DNA of 64,000 nt from assembly GCA_030295235.1 (NCBI GenBank), contig AP026140.1, forward strand, positions 682,001 through 746,000, written 5' to 3'. Below, piece after piece: positions 1-13,105 of the stretch. The position numbers were made by a program, and so were the translations under genes. The notes under the pieces were generated by a model. It was not told the DNA's origin, ran no database searches, and was given only the letters and a program-made list of their open reading frames with translations. Origin of the DNA: Fistulifera solaris. Lineage: Eukaryota. The stretch's first letter is position 1. Every line of letters starts with the position of its first letter.

Positions 1-439
1 TTCAACGAAGCACAAAGCATATCAAATTCCGTATCTTCTTTCTTTCAGTCCCCACCTGAAATCAAAATATATCATCGCATTTAACAACCTACAAATTAGG
101 TGAAAGCGAAGACCTTGGACGTTACATCTCTTTCGTTAAAAATTCGGGGAAACTTGGCCGTCCAATTCATTGCGACGTGAGAAACGAGAGAAAATTTTAT
201 TTTGCTAATACAACTGCTCAATGGGATGGAAGTGCTTTCACAATGTTGTTACCAAGGATAACTACCTTCTGATGCATAGAGTGATAAGGAACTATGAGAA
301 TGCTATATCGTGGATACTTTTCTACCCGAAAAGATTATCTGTTTGCATTTTGAATTCACTTGTCTCCATAGCAAGCAAAGTCTTAACATCACTAGTCTTT
401 ATGAGACATTATCAACATTCTTGCTTTAGAGATTATGAT

Positions 440-920
440 AATTGATCTCACTGGACCAGCTTCTAGGATGAAACGATAATGCTGCATAGTCTAGCTTAAA
501 TAACGAAATGATAGAAGAATTTACTTTACAACCTTTATAAGAATAATGACCTAGATCACCGAAAACATAGGTTTTTGTGCAGAAAGGATATAAGCGGTGT
601 TTTCAGCAATTAATATCTCGGTGATACAAGCACGTTGGCATGGCGAAGATTATCTATTTAAAATATTGGGCTCTGAATCACCCACAAAATATGTTTTTGT
701 GCTCGAAGGAAATATGCGCTGTTTGCAGTTAATGATATCTCGGTTATTCAACCACGTTCGCATGTTTTATAAAATTATCGCACTGGATCAGAACTAAATA
801 TGGTTATGTTCTCAGAGAATGTAAGTAATGTTTTGAGCAATTGATATCTCGGTATGGTAAAAATGTTGGCCTATCTTTTTACATTATCTCAACCATATTA
901 AATTCACCAATATGATTATA
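440..920. repeat. Degenerate AT-rich tandem repeat, period ~110-120 bp
   Basis: ATATCTCGGT core with similar flanks at ~613, ~735 and ~844; CACTGGA(C/T)CAG at ~450 and ~781. Confidence 0.5.
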
Positions 921-2124
921 TCCCGCTCATTTATATGAGGCTAGTCATTTTGATTTAATTGAGCCAGGAAAGATGTCCAGTATTGTTGCCAGTGCGCCAT
1001 ACCCAAGTTGCTTGCATAAGGACGGTTCAATGATTAGTGAATAGTCACAATGAAAGCATATGCTACTAGCATACATATGATCATAACAGCCCACACTCGA
1101 TGCTTTAACACACCGCGCTATAATGATACAGAATGAAATCGACGTCAACATGAATAACTAAAAACGGCAAAGATCTTCGCAGCCCCAGCCAGCGTTGCAG
1201 TCACAGCAGATATGAAAAAGCATGTAATTTTTCTGCAACGCCATCTTTCACCTACGCGACGAAGCCTGACGCAAACTTTCTGAAGTAGAAGCATTATCGA
1301 CTTAAAACACCGCCAGTACGACCTCACGGCGGCCACATTAATACCTAAAGACAAATCTCGCCAACATCAACCAATCCAAGCGTTCCTCGCGACGGCCATG
1401 CCAGATTGTACTGGTAGAGCATGGGTTCTCACCGTTAAGATTGCAAAGGAAGCCCACGAACAGGACCGGTTCGATAAGGATGAACAGGACCTTTAGACCT
1501 AATACCACGCTTTTCCAATGAATCTCGGACGCATCTACGGTGCAATATACACCTATCAACCTTGAGTTGGTACAACGTAGTTAACACTTTCGGGTCTCTC
1601 ACATCAAGCTTTAGAGTCGGTATAGTTAATAACTATATAAATCCTTGTAATATAGTAGTAATTATGATTAAATTGAACACAACGTCGAGTTTCTCTGGGA
1701 CTGGGGGCACTGCTGCGAAAAGAAACGCCAAAGAATATATTGGAGCAAAGCAGAATCATTCGTTAGCTGCTATTATTGGTAACAGGTTTATGGATCTTAG
1801 TTTTACATGAAAGGGGAAAGATACTTTGCTCGAATTCCAGGCTTTACAAACATTCGAATAGCAGCATGTTCTTTTTATTCAACTGATGGTTGTTTGTTGG
1901 AACTCAATTGGCTTTCCAAGTTCTGCCAAGAGACTAGCAATGCAGCAAAGAAGCTTTTAACCGTACGCTCGATACCGCTATCGTTCGGCCAATTCGCGCC
2001 ATTCGCTATGTTTCGTCGTCTATGCTGCTCTCAAGATGACAGACGACACTCCTCTAAAGTATGACGTTATACGTAGCTTAGCTATCAAATGCATAATAAA
2101 GTTTATAGATGATTAGAAGTTGTC

Positions 2125-3038
2125 TTACAAGAGCTCATTGGTTACAATATTGTCAACAGAGAACGGGGTAGTCTCCAAACCTTTTCCAAAAGCCACTTCA
2201 GGTACGCCTCCACTTTCTCTTCATCCATATGCCCCCACGAGCCTGTTTTTGGTGAGAGATAATGATCTCCTGTTGCTTTTTGCGCTGCCTCGAGCATAGT
2301 TATATCCTTATCGGCTTCGGGCACCCATTCCAATAGAATTTTCGCCATATCGCCTGCATTGCTTGCAGCCCAGGCAAAGCCCTTGGCAGTGGCCGCGAGA
2401 AAGTTGCGCAACGCGCTAGCATGTTCTGTGATGAATGCCTCGCTACAGGCGAGCACCGGAGAATATCCGTAGGGAATGCCGTAATCGGCCATTTTAAAAT
2501 GACGCAAAGCAACACCGCCTAACTTCGCTTGGACGCCCTCCCAGTTGGCAAAAATCCAGGTTGAATCCGCCTGCTGTTCGAGAAGGATGTTCCAAATACC
2601 CAACCGTTCGGGGTATTGCAGAACCAAATCTCCCTTTCCGCCGTCGTTACGAACCAAGGATGCGACAATGGCATCTTCGTACTTCGCTTTGTAGGATGCG
2701 TACGTTTTACCATCCAACTGAGCGGGGCGCTCGATGCCGCTGCTTTCGAGCACCGCGATGCTACTCAAGTCGTTTTGCAAGACGGCTGCAATTGCTTTGA
2801 GAGGAAAGGGTTTTTCTTTCGTGCGATAACTCAACAAGCTTTCCATCGGACAAAGTGCCAAGTCGACGAGACCCAATTCGACTTTTTTGGCGGGGCTTTG
2901 CGTATAGTTGTCATTACCTGGGTGTTGAATATCAACATCAATGCCTGCTTCTTTGTACCATCCGTGGTGCAAAGCAGCGATGAATCCACTATGATTTACG
3001 TTGGGTGTCCAGTCGAGAGAGATACGAATGCGCTGCAT
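2125..3038 (-). CDS. NMT1/THI5-like (SsuA/THI5 family) substrate-binding-fold protein
   Basis: LDWTPNVNHSGF N-terminal motif, LDGKTYASY, WEGV and YGYSPVL; a 1-nt shift near 2180 restores the family-type C-terminus KGLETTPFSVDNIVTNELL* (stop 2125-2127); no intron. Confidence 0.85.
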
Positions 3039-3642
3039 GATGATAAACGATGCTGCTATATAAATGATCTAAACCGGTGATTGATTGGCAGAGGTTGTGT
3101 CTATCGCTTGACAACCATCTGTATCTTTTTGTTTGCTGGAAGTCCAAGTGCAAGAGGCGAGCGTGCCAGACATCCGGCACCATAACGGACCATAATATCG
3201 ATCATACTGGATAACAATTGAGACACGCGTTCAATTTGATAATGTGGGTCTGAGAAACCAAACGTATTTCGGATTTGATGTGAAAAATGAGAGGACGATG
3301 GAAAAGATACACCGTCCGGTCCGTTGGCTAAATACGGCAGATGGCAGACGTTAATCCTCTTTCCTATTGCAGAATGCAGAATAAAGCTTTGATTTTTTCC
3401 CTCGCATTTCGCACACCGCGCCCTCGCATGGGCAGGGTTTATTGCGAAAAATGGGTTACAAGAAAAATCCAGTACACTTTTCTACGTAAGTCTACGTCCC
3501 GCGATAGCCCGTGTTAAACTCGGTGTTTTCCGGGTTATTTCTCCAGTTTTTCGTGTTATCATCCATTCCGCTGACACAACACTGACCTAATGAATCAATC
3601 AATTATCATTAGAACTTTTCTTTTTTTTATATCGAATTACTA

Positions 3643-4660
3643 TTATTTAATGACCCTGTCATACATAAAATTGGCTTGGAAGCTCCATGCAAGCCATGCA
3701 TTGTCCAGGTTTTCCATGGACCCATTCGTTCCAAGCCCCCGTTTCAGCAAGCCCGATCGTTTGCAAACATTCACTGCTCGTTCATTTCCACCGCGATCCG
3801 TTGCAATTGCCGCTGAAGAAAGTAACTGATTTGTTGTGAATTGTCTATCACTTTTTGCGAAGGTTGGTTGCAAGATGTATTGCCCTCCCATTCTCCATGC
3901 CGCCACGTTGCATCGAAAGCCCTTATCAAGAATGTTCGTGAACGGCTCATTGCTGCTTTTGTCGTTTTCTGCGAATTCCTTTTGCATTTTCAAAATCCCA
4001 CTATTCGTAAGGTAAGCCGAGTCTGATACAGCGCCCGTCCAGAGGTTCCATACTCCCAGCCAGCCACATAGCTGCAAAATACTCCTCCTTTCCCGACATT
4101 TCCTCAGGTTCGTCGATTCAATGAAGCATCACTTGGTGTCGGTATATTGATATTTGTGTCGTCCCAGAACACCACGCGCTTCCCAGGATACCTTTCGTTC
4201 CACCTTTCATCACGCAATAGCACGTCTTCCTCGTGCGTCGCAAAAAATGGCCAGCTCTTCCTCGCTTTCAAAACTAGTTTCCTCTTTTCCTTTATTGCAC
4301 GTTGCGCTGTTGCGTCGTCAATATTGTATCGAGCTTTACAATCAGCAAACCTTGTCAGTGATCGACCCCATGTCCATTCAAAATACAGGTACCACTCCTC
4401 GAGCCATTCATCGACGTAACATTTTTTGTTGCAACAGAAATGTCGCCATTGCACACAATCATTACAAAGCGTAGCAACGCAAACATATCCTGAAAACCAG
4501 TATTCAATTTGACTATTGCTGCCTTTTCGTCTTTGTAGATTGTCGGATCAAAGTGCCATGGTCTATCTTTCGGCGTCGAAGTGTCTTCGTACTTTGGCGG
4601 CCTAATCAACTTTTTGACTTCGGGAGGAAAGAGCGCTCTCTTTCTCAAGGTCGAATTCAT
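3643..4660 (-). pseudogene. Fragmented DDE_Tnp_4 (Harbinger/ISL2EU) transposase
   Basis: Motifs VFWDDTNI, QLCGWLG..LWTGAVSD, ILDKGF and IATDRGGNERAV across three frameshifted ORFs. Confidence 0.8.
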
Positions 4661-4664
4661 TTCA

Positions 4665-4990
4665 GGCAAGGAGTCCTTCAGCGCGTCGGCCTCTGGCTCG
4701 TTTCGTGTCATCGCGCATGCCGAAAGGAGGGTCCAAGACACACGTTACGTCATTCCGTTTGAGGCCCAAGCGTGGAGAAAAGCAGCAAGCTCCTTTACAA
4801 CCCCAGCTTTGAGGTGTGCGTGCTGATAGATGAAGATACTAGCATCGACATCTATTGTTGGATTGCCGGGGCATTTCCATTTGTCATGAACGTGACGAAC
4901 GATGGTTGCGACGTCAGAGCTCGTCAAATTCTTTTTCGAGCTAATATGGTAGTCGGTTTTGGCCCGGCCACCAATCTGATCGCGACCCAT
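4665..4990 (-). pseudogene. N-terminal fragment of a FEN1/XPG-like PIN nuclease inside the transposon
   Basis: MG start, IDVDASIFIYQ, and after a frameshift DVTCVLDPP..RDDTKRA; resembles the XPG-N motifs xDAS.wlYq and vfDG..p..K. Confidence 0.45.
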
Positions 4991-5524
4991 CTTCTCAAGA
5001 AAGCGAAAGCGGATGACAAGGATAAAGTTCGTATTGATGGCTATGAAAATAAGTTTGAAAGCAATGCAACAAAAAAATGCCGACAAAACCGTTGTTCGAA
5101 AAAACGATCGTTGCAGATTTGAATCTAACAGTGAGCTAATCAGTAGCTAAATAAATTTACTACGAAGGTATCGCGTGCGTAAAATTTGTACCGGACTTCT
5201 ACGGTGTAACCCAGTTTTCGCACATGAAGCCTGTCACTTCTTCTTATTATTACCCTCTCTATTTGCACGCTACAATGACCATCTGTAATTGGTGTTGCTA
5301 ACAAGAACTAAAATCTAATTCCTGTGGGCGTGGATTACAGAAGTTTTTTTCATGCCTAGAGGATACTCAATTCAAAGTAATGGATATCGCATTTCTACAG
5401 TCATCGATTTTTTAATCGGTAGGAGCTTCGACCTGAAGGAGCCTGTCAACCGACTTCAAGCGCAAATACAGGCTGACAACAACACGCAAAAGAATTGACG
5501 TGTTTTTATCAATATTGTAATATT

Positions 5525-7026
5525 ATGAGAGGTACAACGCGTAAGCGCATGAGATGGAAACTATTACTGCTGGTTGCGGGTGTGCTAATGTACATTATAT
5601 TGACCGCAGCAATCAGCTGCTTTCTGTATGCGAAGAATCAAAGAGATAAACTTATTCCTCTCTCGCTATCTCCTCATCACGGGTCCGATGCAGTCACTGA
5701 AAGGCGTCGAGACAAACAGAATAGCAATAAACTCGACTCTCTGAGTGATAGCCAAAAATGAAGCTTCTTCTCCAGACAAACGATCCCATCATTAAGCAGC
5801 TCACACGCACTGGTGAACCTCCATTGACAAAAGTCCGGATAATTTTATTTGATCATAAGAGTCGACCTATTCGCTTTCGTGAAGGACCGACATGGGCTAT
5901 TGGTGACGAGGTATTAAATATCTGCATGGATGGTTTTGAGCGCTCTCCGTATTTTGAAATTGTCGGGACGTCGCTCATCCCAGACTTTAATGTCGACCCA
6001 AGCTTTGTGCTTGAAGAAAACGAAGACGTGGTTTGGGTTGTCGACATGAGACGAATAGTTCTCAGACAGTCCTACAGTATTCATCGCCAGCTCGTGATAC
6101 TTGCTAATGCTACCATCCGCGATCAAGAGGAGAAAGTAGTGTCAGGAAAACTCGTTCGACGGCCTCGACTTACTATAGTTTTAATGGATTTTCGAGATCG
6201 GTTCAGCGCAAATACACTCTGTACTAAGGCCATCCGTGAATTGATCAGTCTCGTGGGTGACAATGGCAGCGTGCGAAACGTCGTGCAACCTGTTGTAAGG
6301 GGAAGAAAGTGGAGTGATCAGCGGAATTTTATAGTCCCTGGCGAGGTTTGGGATTGTCGTCCAGACAACGAATGTTTCGGGTCAAGCACACTGCATGTAT
6401 CGTACACCGTACGATCTGACTACGCAGAGGCTGTGATGAAAAGTTTTCCTCAATATCAACCAATATCCAGTCAAGCCATCACAGCTGAACAAAACGCCGC
6501 AGATACAGAGAGGCATATCGATGTAGCCCATTTCTGGCCGCACGAGAGGGATAAGCCTTCCGAAGCACATGCCAAACTTCGTGATGCTGTGACCGATGTC
6601 ATAAAAGAAACGAGCGATAGTAAAGGATTCAATGTGATCGTTGACTTCGTATCCGCGGCGGCCAAGCAAGGGAGATCACAGGTGTCGCCCAAGTACGTGG
6701 AAGCACTTTTGACCACAAAGATTGTCGTTGTAGCTCAACGAGACGATTGGGAAGATCATTACCGTCTTTTTGAAGCTATTATTGGCGGCGCGTTAGTCAT
6801 GACCGATACAATGTTGAGTCTTCCTGAAGGTCTAGCTCACAAAGAAAGTATTGTGGTTTATAATAGTTTGGCTGAATTGCGTGAGCTTCTTTCCTACTAT
6901 CTGGATCCTAGAAACGAAGCGGAACGATTGTCGATTGCGCGAGCAGGGTGGAAGGTCGCAATAAGTCTCCATCGCACTTACCATTGGATGGAGCGAATAT
7001 TCTTTGGTAGGATCATCACCATGTAA
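5525..7026 (+). CDS. Type II membrane glycosyltransferase-like protein (Glyco_trans_1_2-like C-terminus); frameshift ~5755
   Basis: N-terminal TM anchor in ORF 5495-5761; WEDHYRLFEA..GALV and IARAG..H motifs in ORF 5758-7026. Confidence 0.65.
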
Positions 7027-7229
7027 ATTGAGACAGAAATAAGCTAAGTCACCTCGCAAAATTGTAAGAATCGTCGCCCCACCTAGCTGGTACACTGTAC
7101 AATACATGCGTATAGTAAAGTATAAAAGGAGGGGACGCATTATTTTTGTTGCGAATCCATTACATAGTTTAGTTTCATCAGAGCAAGAGCATGACGGGTG
7201 TACATTAATAACAATAACATGATGTAATA

Positions 7230-8627
7230 ATGGAGATATCTCAAAGTATCGGATGTTGGTGGCGGGGCCTGCAGTTGTGGTACAATGATCAAGATTATAT
7301 GCAGGCAATCGATGCTTGGGAGGAGGCGATGAGCTTCATTTCTTGGGCAAACGATGAGCTCTTTGTAGACATGTCGCTGAAGAATTCTGCCATTCAGGAA
7401 CGTAAATACTTGACCTTGGATGGCGACGCCGCACTTTTATCAGAATTAAGTCCGCTTCTACTCTTTCTCGCCGGATGCTATTTGGATGCTCAAGAATATC
7501 AAAAAGCTCGCGTGACATTGCGGCGATGTTTGGCGCTAACATCTTTCGATGCCGAGCGTGATAGCACTACAAACAAAAGAGATTTATTCCATCGAACCGT
7601 TCGCGAATGCATCTTTTGCGTGGAAGAAGATCCAGAGTGCCTAGAACCGTGGGTTGAAGCCCGGGAACTGGTCCAATATGCAATTGAAGTCAATCAGCAA
7701 TTGGAGCAAGAGCGACTAGGTGAAATAAGCGAGGCGAACTCGGTACCTTGGAGTGATCCGTGGCAGCGTCCAGGCTTCCTATACCCCATCAAAAACCAAG
7801 ACAGCGTCTACGATAGGTTAAGGCATCCTTCTTGGTGTCGTTTATTAGAAGAAAAATGGGGCGACATTCGAAATGAGTTCGATCGACTAATTCATAGACC
7901 TGGTGGGGCGAGAACTTTGTCGACCTCCCCAAGACACTGGCCCGCAGTTGGCAGTGGAGAACATCGAGGTGGTGCCGGAGCTCACGATGGATCAGTTGTA
8001 GCCCCTGGAGGTGACTGGCGCGAAGTCGTCATATTTGGTTCTGGTGAGAATCCACGACTGGCTCCGTGCACATCTGAGCTACTAGAGCAAACGTGCCCCG
8101 ATGCTGTGTCTTTGGCACGCCAGGGTGGAGGAGAAATTGTTTTTAGTGTTTTGGCTTCAGGAACACACATCCGGCCGCATTGTGGGAGTACCAATTTGAG
8201 ACTGACTGCCCATTTAGGATTAGTCATCCCTGAGAACGATGAGGACCACAAGCGGTGCAGTATACGCGTCGCAGATCAGTGGCTCGACTGGGAAGAGGGA
8301 AAAATAATAGTGTTTGATGACTCTTTTGAACACGAGGTTATAAACGAAAGGTCAACCCTTCGCGGCGTCCTACTCCTAAGGTTCTGGCACCCGAACTTAC
8401 CAAAAGAAGAGAGAGGCATTGCTTTGCAAAAGGCCTTGGATGCAAAGTCAGATGATGAACTGCAACGATACTCTCCGCCATCACCTTCTAATGATGGCGT
8501 AATGATGTTACGGGCTATGGAGAAAAGCAGATGCATTTCATGTTCGAGACACGGATATAGCTCAATTAGGCTGAATACACGATCTCTAACATTTGAATGT
8601 CAATGTGGACAGTCAATTGACTCGTAA
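7230..8627 (+). CDS. Aspartyl/asparaginyl beta-hydroxylase family dioxygenase with TPR-like N-terminus
   Basis: FSVLASGTHIRPHCGSTNLRLTAHLGL, WEEGK..FDDSFEHEV and FWHP motifs. Confidence 0.9.
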   Translation: MEISQSIGCWWRGLQLWYNDQDYMQAIDAWEEAMSFISWANDELFVDMSLKNSAIQERKYLTLDGDAALLSELSPLLLFLAGCYLDAQEYQKARVTLRRCLALTSFDAERDSTTNKRDLFHRTVRECIFCVEEDPECLEPWVEARELVQYAIEVNQQLEQERLGEISEANSVPWSDPWQRPGFLYPIKNQDSVYDRLRHPSWCRLLEEKWGDIRNEFDRLIHRPGGARTLSTSPRHWPAVGSGEHRGGAGAHDGSVVAPGGDWREVVIFGSGENPRLAPCTSELLEQTCPDAVSLARQGGGEIVFSVLASGTHIRPHCGSTNLRLTAHLGLVIPENDEDHKRCSIRVADQWLDWEEGKIIVFDDSFEHEVINERSTLRGVLLLRFWHPNLPKEERGIALQKALDAKSDDELQRYSPPSPSNDGVMMLRAMEKSRCISCSRHGYSSIRLNTRSLTFECQCGQSIDS

Positions 8628-8663
8628 TACGATGCCGATAAACAGCTAGGGCTCCTTTATAAG

Positions 8664-10038
8664 TTATAAGTTATTTGTACTTCGTAATGAGCTGACGAAT
8701 TGCGCAATAGAGCTGAGTCTTTTCGCTTCGTCAATCTTTTCTAGCAGTATCAGCATATGGTGCAAGTTGTGGTTGAAAAGTAAAATCTCCGCAAGCAGTT
8801 CCTTCGCACAAACCATGTGGTACACATATGAGCGGGTATGCAGTTGGCAAGTGAGGCATTTACATCCATGAACAAGAGGACGCCTATCGCGGAACCAGGG
8901 ATGCTTGGAAGCTTCTTTGTTGTCTGCCGCCCCATTCAAATCGAAACATCCATTTGCGTCCAAAATCATTGAATCTTTAACCATTCTTGGCTTTTTCATA
9001 GGGGACTCATTTTCTGCTGAATCGTCGGGTGTACTGTCTCCTGACAAGTTCAAAACAAAAGCTTTATTCAACAAAGCCCATTGTCCTGGTAGATTAGTAC
9101 CAACGACAACTTTTAACCCAGCAGCACCAACAACAACTTCGAAAAGCTGCTCAAGCGAGAGCACGTTCAGCACAACAAGCGACATACTACCTAGTTTGCT
9201 TTCCGAAACTAAATGCCTTGTAACCTCCCCTCATTACACATTCACGGTCATGGACCTGAAGTATCCTGTGCCAACCCAGCAAAACAACTCCAGCAATTCC
9301 TTTATCGCGATCCAATTCAGTCATCCACTCTATTTGCTCTTTGAGCGCACCGTAGTCGTCAAGCGAAATACCTTCTGCGAGGACAGGGACCCATATTTCT
9401 TTCCAGATCGTCGACAAAAAGTCCTCAGTAAAGCGCTGGGTTTGCTTGATCGCCGCCCAAAGCTTTCTTTGCTGCCGCTTCCTGTCAGCCACTGTACTTT
9501 CGCCCGAGTCCTGTGCCTCTAGTACAAGACAATCAAAGAGAGGGACTTGTATTTGAGAGTTCAAGCTCTCGCACGCTTGACGATATTGCTCCGTTTTCAA
9601 TGATGTTCGTCCATTCGCCGTCCAAAGTTGGACCTGTTTATCCGTTACATGGACCAGTTTTGATACTGACTCCATTCCGGAATATTCCATCGCTCGTTCT
9701 GCGTCCTGAAGCATATCAAATGTGCAGACCGTCACTCGATGATAGGGAAGGAGCCAAGGATCTGGTTTTGTGGTTGTCGAGAAGGTATAGCCACGGACTC
9801 GTTTCTCGTTGCCCTTTGCTTCGGTATACATCGGCGCAATGCACGTATCACGCACTGCAAGTCCTAGCGATAAGACATTACCGAACCGATGCGCGGGAAA
9901 ATACTTTTCTAAGAGATGGGGCGTCATATAGGGAACGGTGCCGTCCACACAATGGAGTAGCAGGCGCAGCGAAGATGCTTCACTCGCCTGGTTCGAGGCC
10001 TGAGAAGACACTGGATCAACAGGTGATACTTCTTCCAT
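8664..10038 (-). CDS. QTRT2: Queuine tRNA-ribosyltransferase accessory subunit-like protein; frameshift ~9190-9240
   Basis: Zinc site [27 protein letters not shown]-terminal GTVPYMT; no catalytic DSGG motif seen. Confidence 0.75.
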
Positions 10039-10369
10039 GGTTTCAAGTGAAATGTATTGGCGACCAATTCGCTATTATTAGGTTGTATATAATGCGCAGA
10101 ATGCTGCGTCTCTTTTCGCGGACGAGTTTTCTTTTACAAACAATGGGATATAATGACAGACGAAAGGGTCATGGAGTACCGCTTCTAACCCGACGCGCGC
10201 GTGTTACTGTAGTTGTAAGAAACACGGTTAACGGCACCGAAACGTTTTTCGCATCTTGAAAACAAGCTCTTTACTTGCAAATTTGAAGGTCCCAACGCAT
10301 CGCTTCGCGCAGTGATGCGGTCTTTATTGTTCTTTGAGGCACATCAAAATCCCATTGTGTTGTCAAGCA

Positions 10370-11865
10370 ATGATGATACGCCTTCCTACAAGCATGAACA
10401 ACAGTATATCGGGTAATCCGGAAGAAACCACAGTCAGTCCCAAAGTTCGGAAAGTCGTTAGCTCGCTGAAGTCGGGTTTTCTGTTGACTGTCAACAATGC
10501 ACCAAAACTCCTGGAGGAAACCGGGGATGTCATTCGGACAAGTGAAAAGCATAAGACGGAATTCGGCGTCGGTCAGGGGGATCCCTAAGCTCATTTCTAT
10601 CATGAACAAGTTCGAAGATGATCCTGGGATCCAACTTCAGTGTAGCAAACTGGTTCAGGAGCTCTCAATGATCGATGACAACTTGGGAATGATTGCTGAT
10701 AGCAACGGAATCACTGCTATTCTGGTTGCCATGCTGAAACACGTGGATACGGATATGCAAGAAATTGGTTGTTTATGTTTAGCGAGTCTTTGCCGGCGTA
10801 ATGAAAACAAACAGATCATCGTGGATACGAGCGGCATTGAAGTTGTGCTGACTGCTATGGTGGCTTACCCAGAAAACACTGTCATACAAGCACAGGGCTG
10901 TCGATTCCTAGGTCTTCTTGCGGAAGGGGAATCCTTCCAACAGCTCTACAATAGCTGCCGTTGGTGGTGTAAGAGCCATTATGACCGGTATCAAGCTTCA
11001 CTCCAATGATCTGGATGTACAGCTTTACGGATGCAGTGCGATCGCTCACCTTACTGCTACGAACGATCCGAATCGTGGTGCAATAGCGTCCGCCGGTGGA
11101 ATTGAAACGACGCTGGCCGCCATGAAACAATTTCAATCAAGCGCGGAGTTACTGCAACAAACATGCGCTGCGCTGTGGAACTTGACGATCGATTACAAAT
11201 TCAATGCCACCACAATTATTAAGAGTAAGGGCTTACAGACCGTACTTCGGGTCATGAATCAGCATGAATTCGATGTAAAGATTCAAGAATCCGGCTGTGG
11301 TATTCTTCGCTATTTGACGGACGACGATAGAAACGGTGTCATTGTTGGAGCGGAAGGAGGAATAGCCGCTTTATTGTCGGCTATGCGGTCGTTTGAGGGC
11401 AACAGTATTATACAAAGTCAAGGGTGCGCTGCAGTTTCGAATTTGGCCGCGATTTCTGAAAATTTTGGCCCACTCACCAAGGCCGGTGCGATAGGGGTGA
11501 TCGTATCTGCCATGAGGCAAGTTTCAGATAGTGCAGAAGTTCAAAAGAATGGTTGCCGGGCTTTAAAAAGTTTGGGAACGACGGATCAGAATAAAACATC
11601 AATAGTAGCGAGCGGCGGCATGAAGCAAATGCTCGCAGCTATGCGTCGTTTTGAAGATAATCCTGGTTTACAAGGACTCGCTATACGAACTCTGGAAGAC
11701 TTGGCCTTCAACAATCAAATCAAGAAGCAAATGAAGTCAAGCCAAGTAGTCGAAGCCATTGAGCTCGCCAGAAAGTCAAACCCCTCCAATGTATTGATAC
11801 AAAAAGTCGGGAAAAAGCTCTTGGCGGCAATCGATCCTGAGAATTTCAGCGACTCCGAGAACTGA
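10370..11865 (+). CDS. Armadillo-repeat protein; two apparent frameshifts (~10510, ~10930)
   Basis: Recurring ~42-aa ARM units such as GGIETTLAAM..VQ..GC.AL..L across three overlapping ORFs; start uncertain. Confidence 0.85.
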
Positions 11866-11985
11866 TCGTAAACACTTGTTGCGTTTCAGGTGTACAAAGC
11901 GAAAAAGCCATTTTTAAAATCAATGCGTTGCTTCCTTCAATTATAAAGAATAATCTGCATGGCCATTTGAGCGTTTTTCGTCCCG

Positions 11986-12739
11986 TCATTCGTAGTTGAC
12001 TTCTGTCTCGTTGATGTCGGCCAACCAGAAATTGGGTTGCGAGTCCGCAGCAGCCACAAATTCTTTTCAATAGGGGACCATTCCATCGCATCTTCTCCAA
12101 GCCTTTGTTTCATTTCACGGAGGAACTCCTCACGTTGGACTCGATCGGATTGAGCAAAAACCCACACAGCCTTTTCCTTCCTCAAAAGTTCCTCGCATAT
12201 CCGTGCTGCTCCCCGAGCCACAGCCGCCGACTCGAATACGTCGGAAAGAACATACCAGTCGCAGTCGGGTAAATTGTTGTTTGTCAATAGAAGATCCACA
12301 GTACGAGTTTTCACCACCAAGCCTTGTTCTTCCGCGGCAGCCCGTACTAGCGCCAAGGCAAATTCATCAATATCGGTTGCCCACACGTGGGGTATGCCAA
12401 TCTTGGCGGCCGCGATGGATGGTAGACCGGGCCCACAACCCAGTTCACAAAACGATTGTGCATGAGGAGCATGCTGTTCGATTTGAGAAGCGGCGACGCG
12501 TGCCGAGGGCCACACTTGCGTCGCCAAAAAGTTGACACGAGCGTAATGATTATCATCGCCCATCAGATCCATGGCCGAGGAAAGCACGAAAGAGTAGGCA
12601 CTAGTGGGGTCTTTGGTGCGAAGAGACGCTTTGTCGACCCGCAAGCCTTCGACTTTTAGTGAGAATGCAGAAACAATTCGATTTTCACCCAGCTGCAGGG
12701 TTGCAGCCGCCAAGAAAAAAGAACCAGTGGGTCCGACAT
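11986..12739 (-). CDS. Class I SAM-dependent methyltransferase (Methyltransf_16/METTL21-like)
   Basis: QVWPSA, ELGCGPGLPS, ATD and SDVF motifs; the C-terminus FWLADINETEVNYE* is reached through a frameshift; ends approximate. Confidence 0.8.
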
Positions 12740-13105
12740 GACTTCATCATCGGTCCTCAAACAGTTTGTCGCCAGCGATTGGATCAAAGCCTGGAGAGAA
12801 AGAGGTGCAACAATAATCTGCACTTTATAAATGAACAATTTTATTACTCCGTATGTGCTTTTTCGAGCGGTACCTGGTATGGGAAGAGTAAAACTTTGAC
12901 GAGGTCGCCATAGTCCTACGACGCTTTACATAGACTCCCTATACTGCGCTCCCAAATTTATAACGCCTTAAAAAATTCGGTCGTGACTCATGGATGAGCT
13001 CATGACTGTTTTCATCATTTATTTTCTTATCTTCAATCTTCATACGCAATAATACCAAAGATATAATATTATTATCTTCCTTCCGAGACTTCCTTCTCAA
13101 AGAGA

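Larger units (their letters stand above)
3433..5233 (-). mobile_element. Internally deleted DNA transposon, PIF/Harbinger-ISL2EU type, with ~55-bp imperfect TIRs
   Basis: Left end CAGGGTTTATTGCGAAAAATGGGTTACA..TCCAGTACA matches the reverse complement of the right end, CAGGCTTCATGTGCGAAAACTGGGTTACA..TCCGGTACA; the ends enclose DDE_Tnp_4-like fragments; TSD not resolved. Confidence 0.8.

Noticed and set aside
3240..3300. TPP riboswitch near the THI5-like gene (CTGAGA motif)
   Set aside because: The motif is on the opposite strand and lacks the downstream ACCTGAT..TAATG..CG.AGG elements
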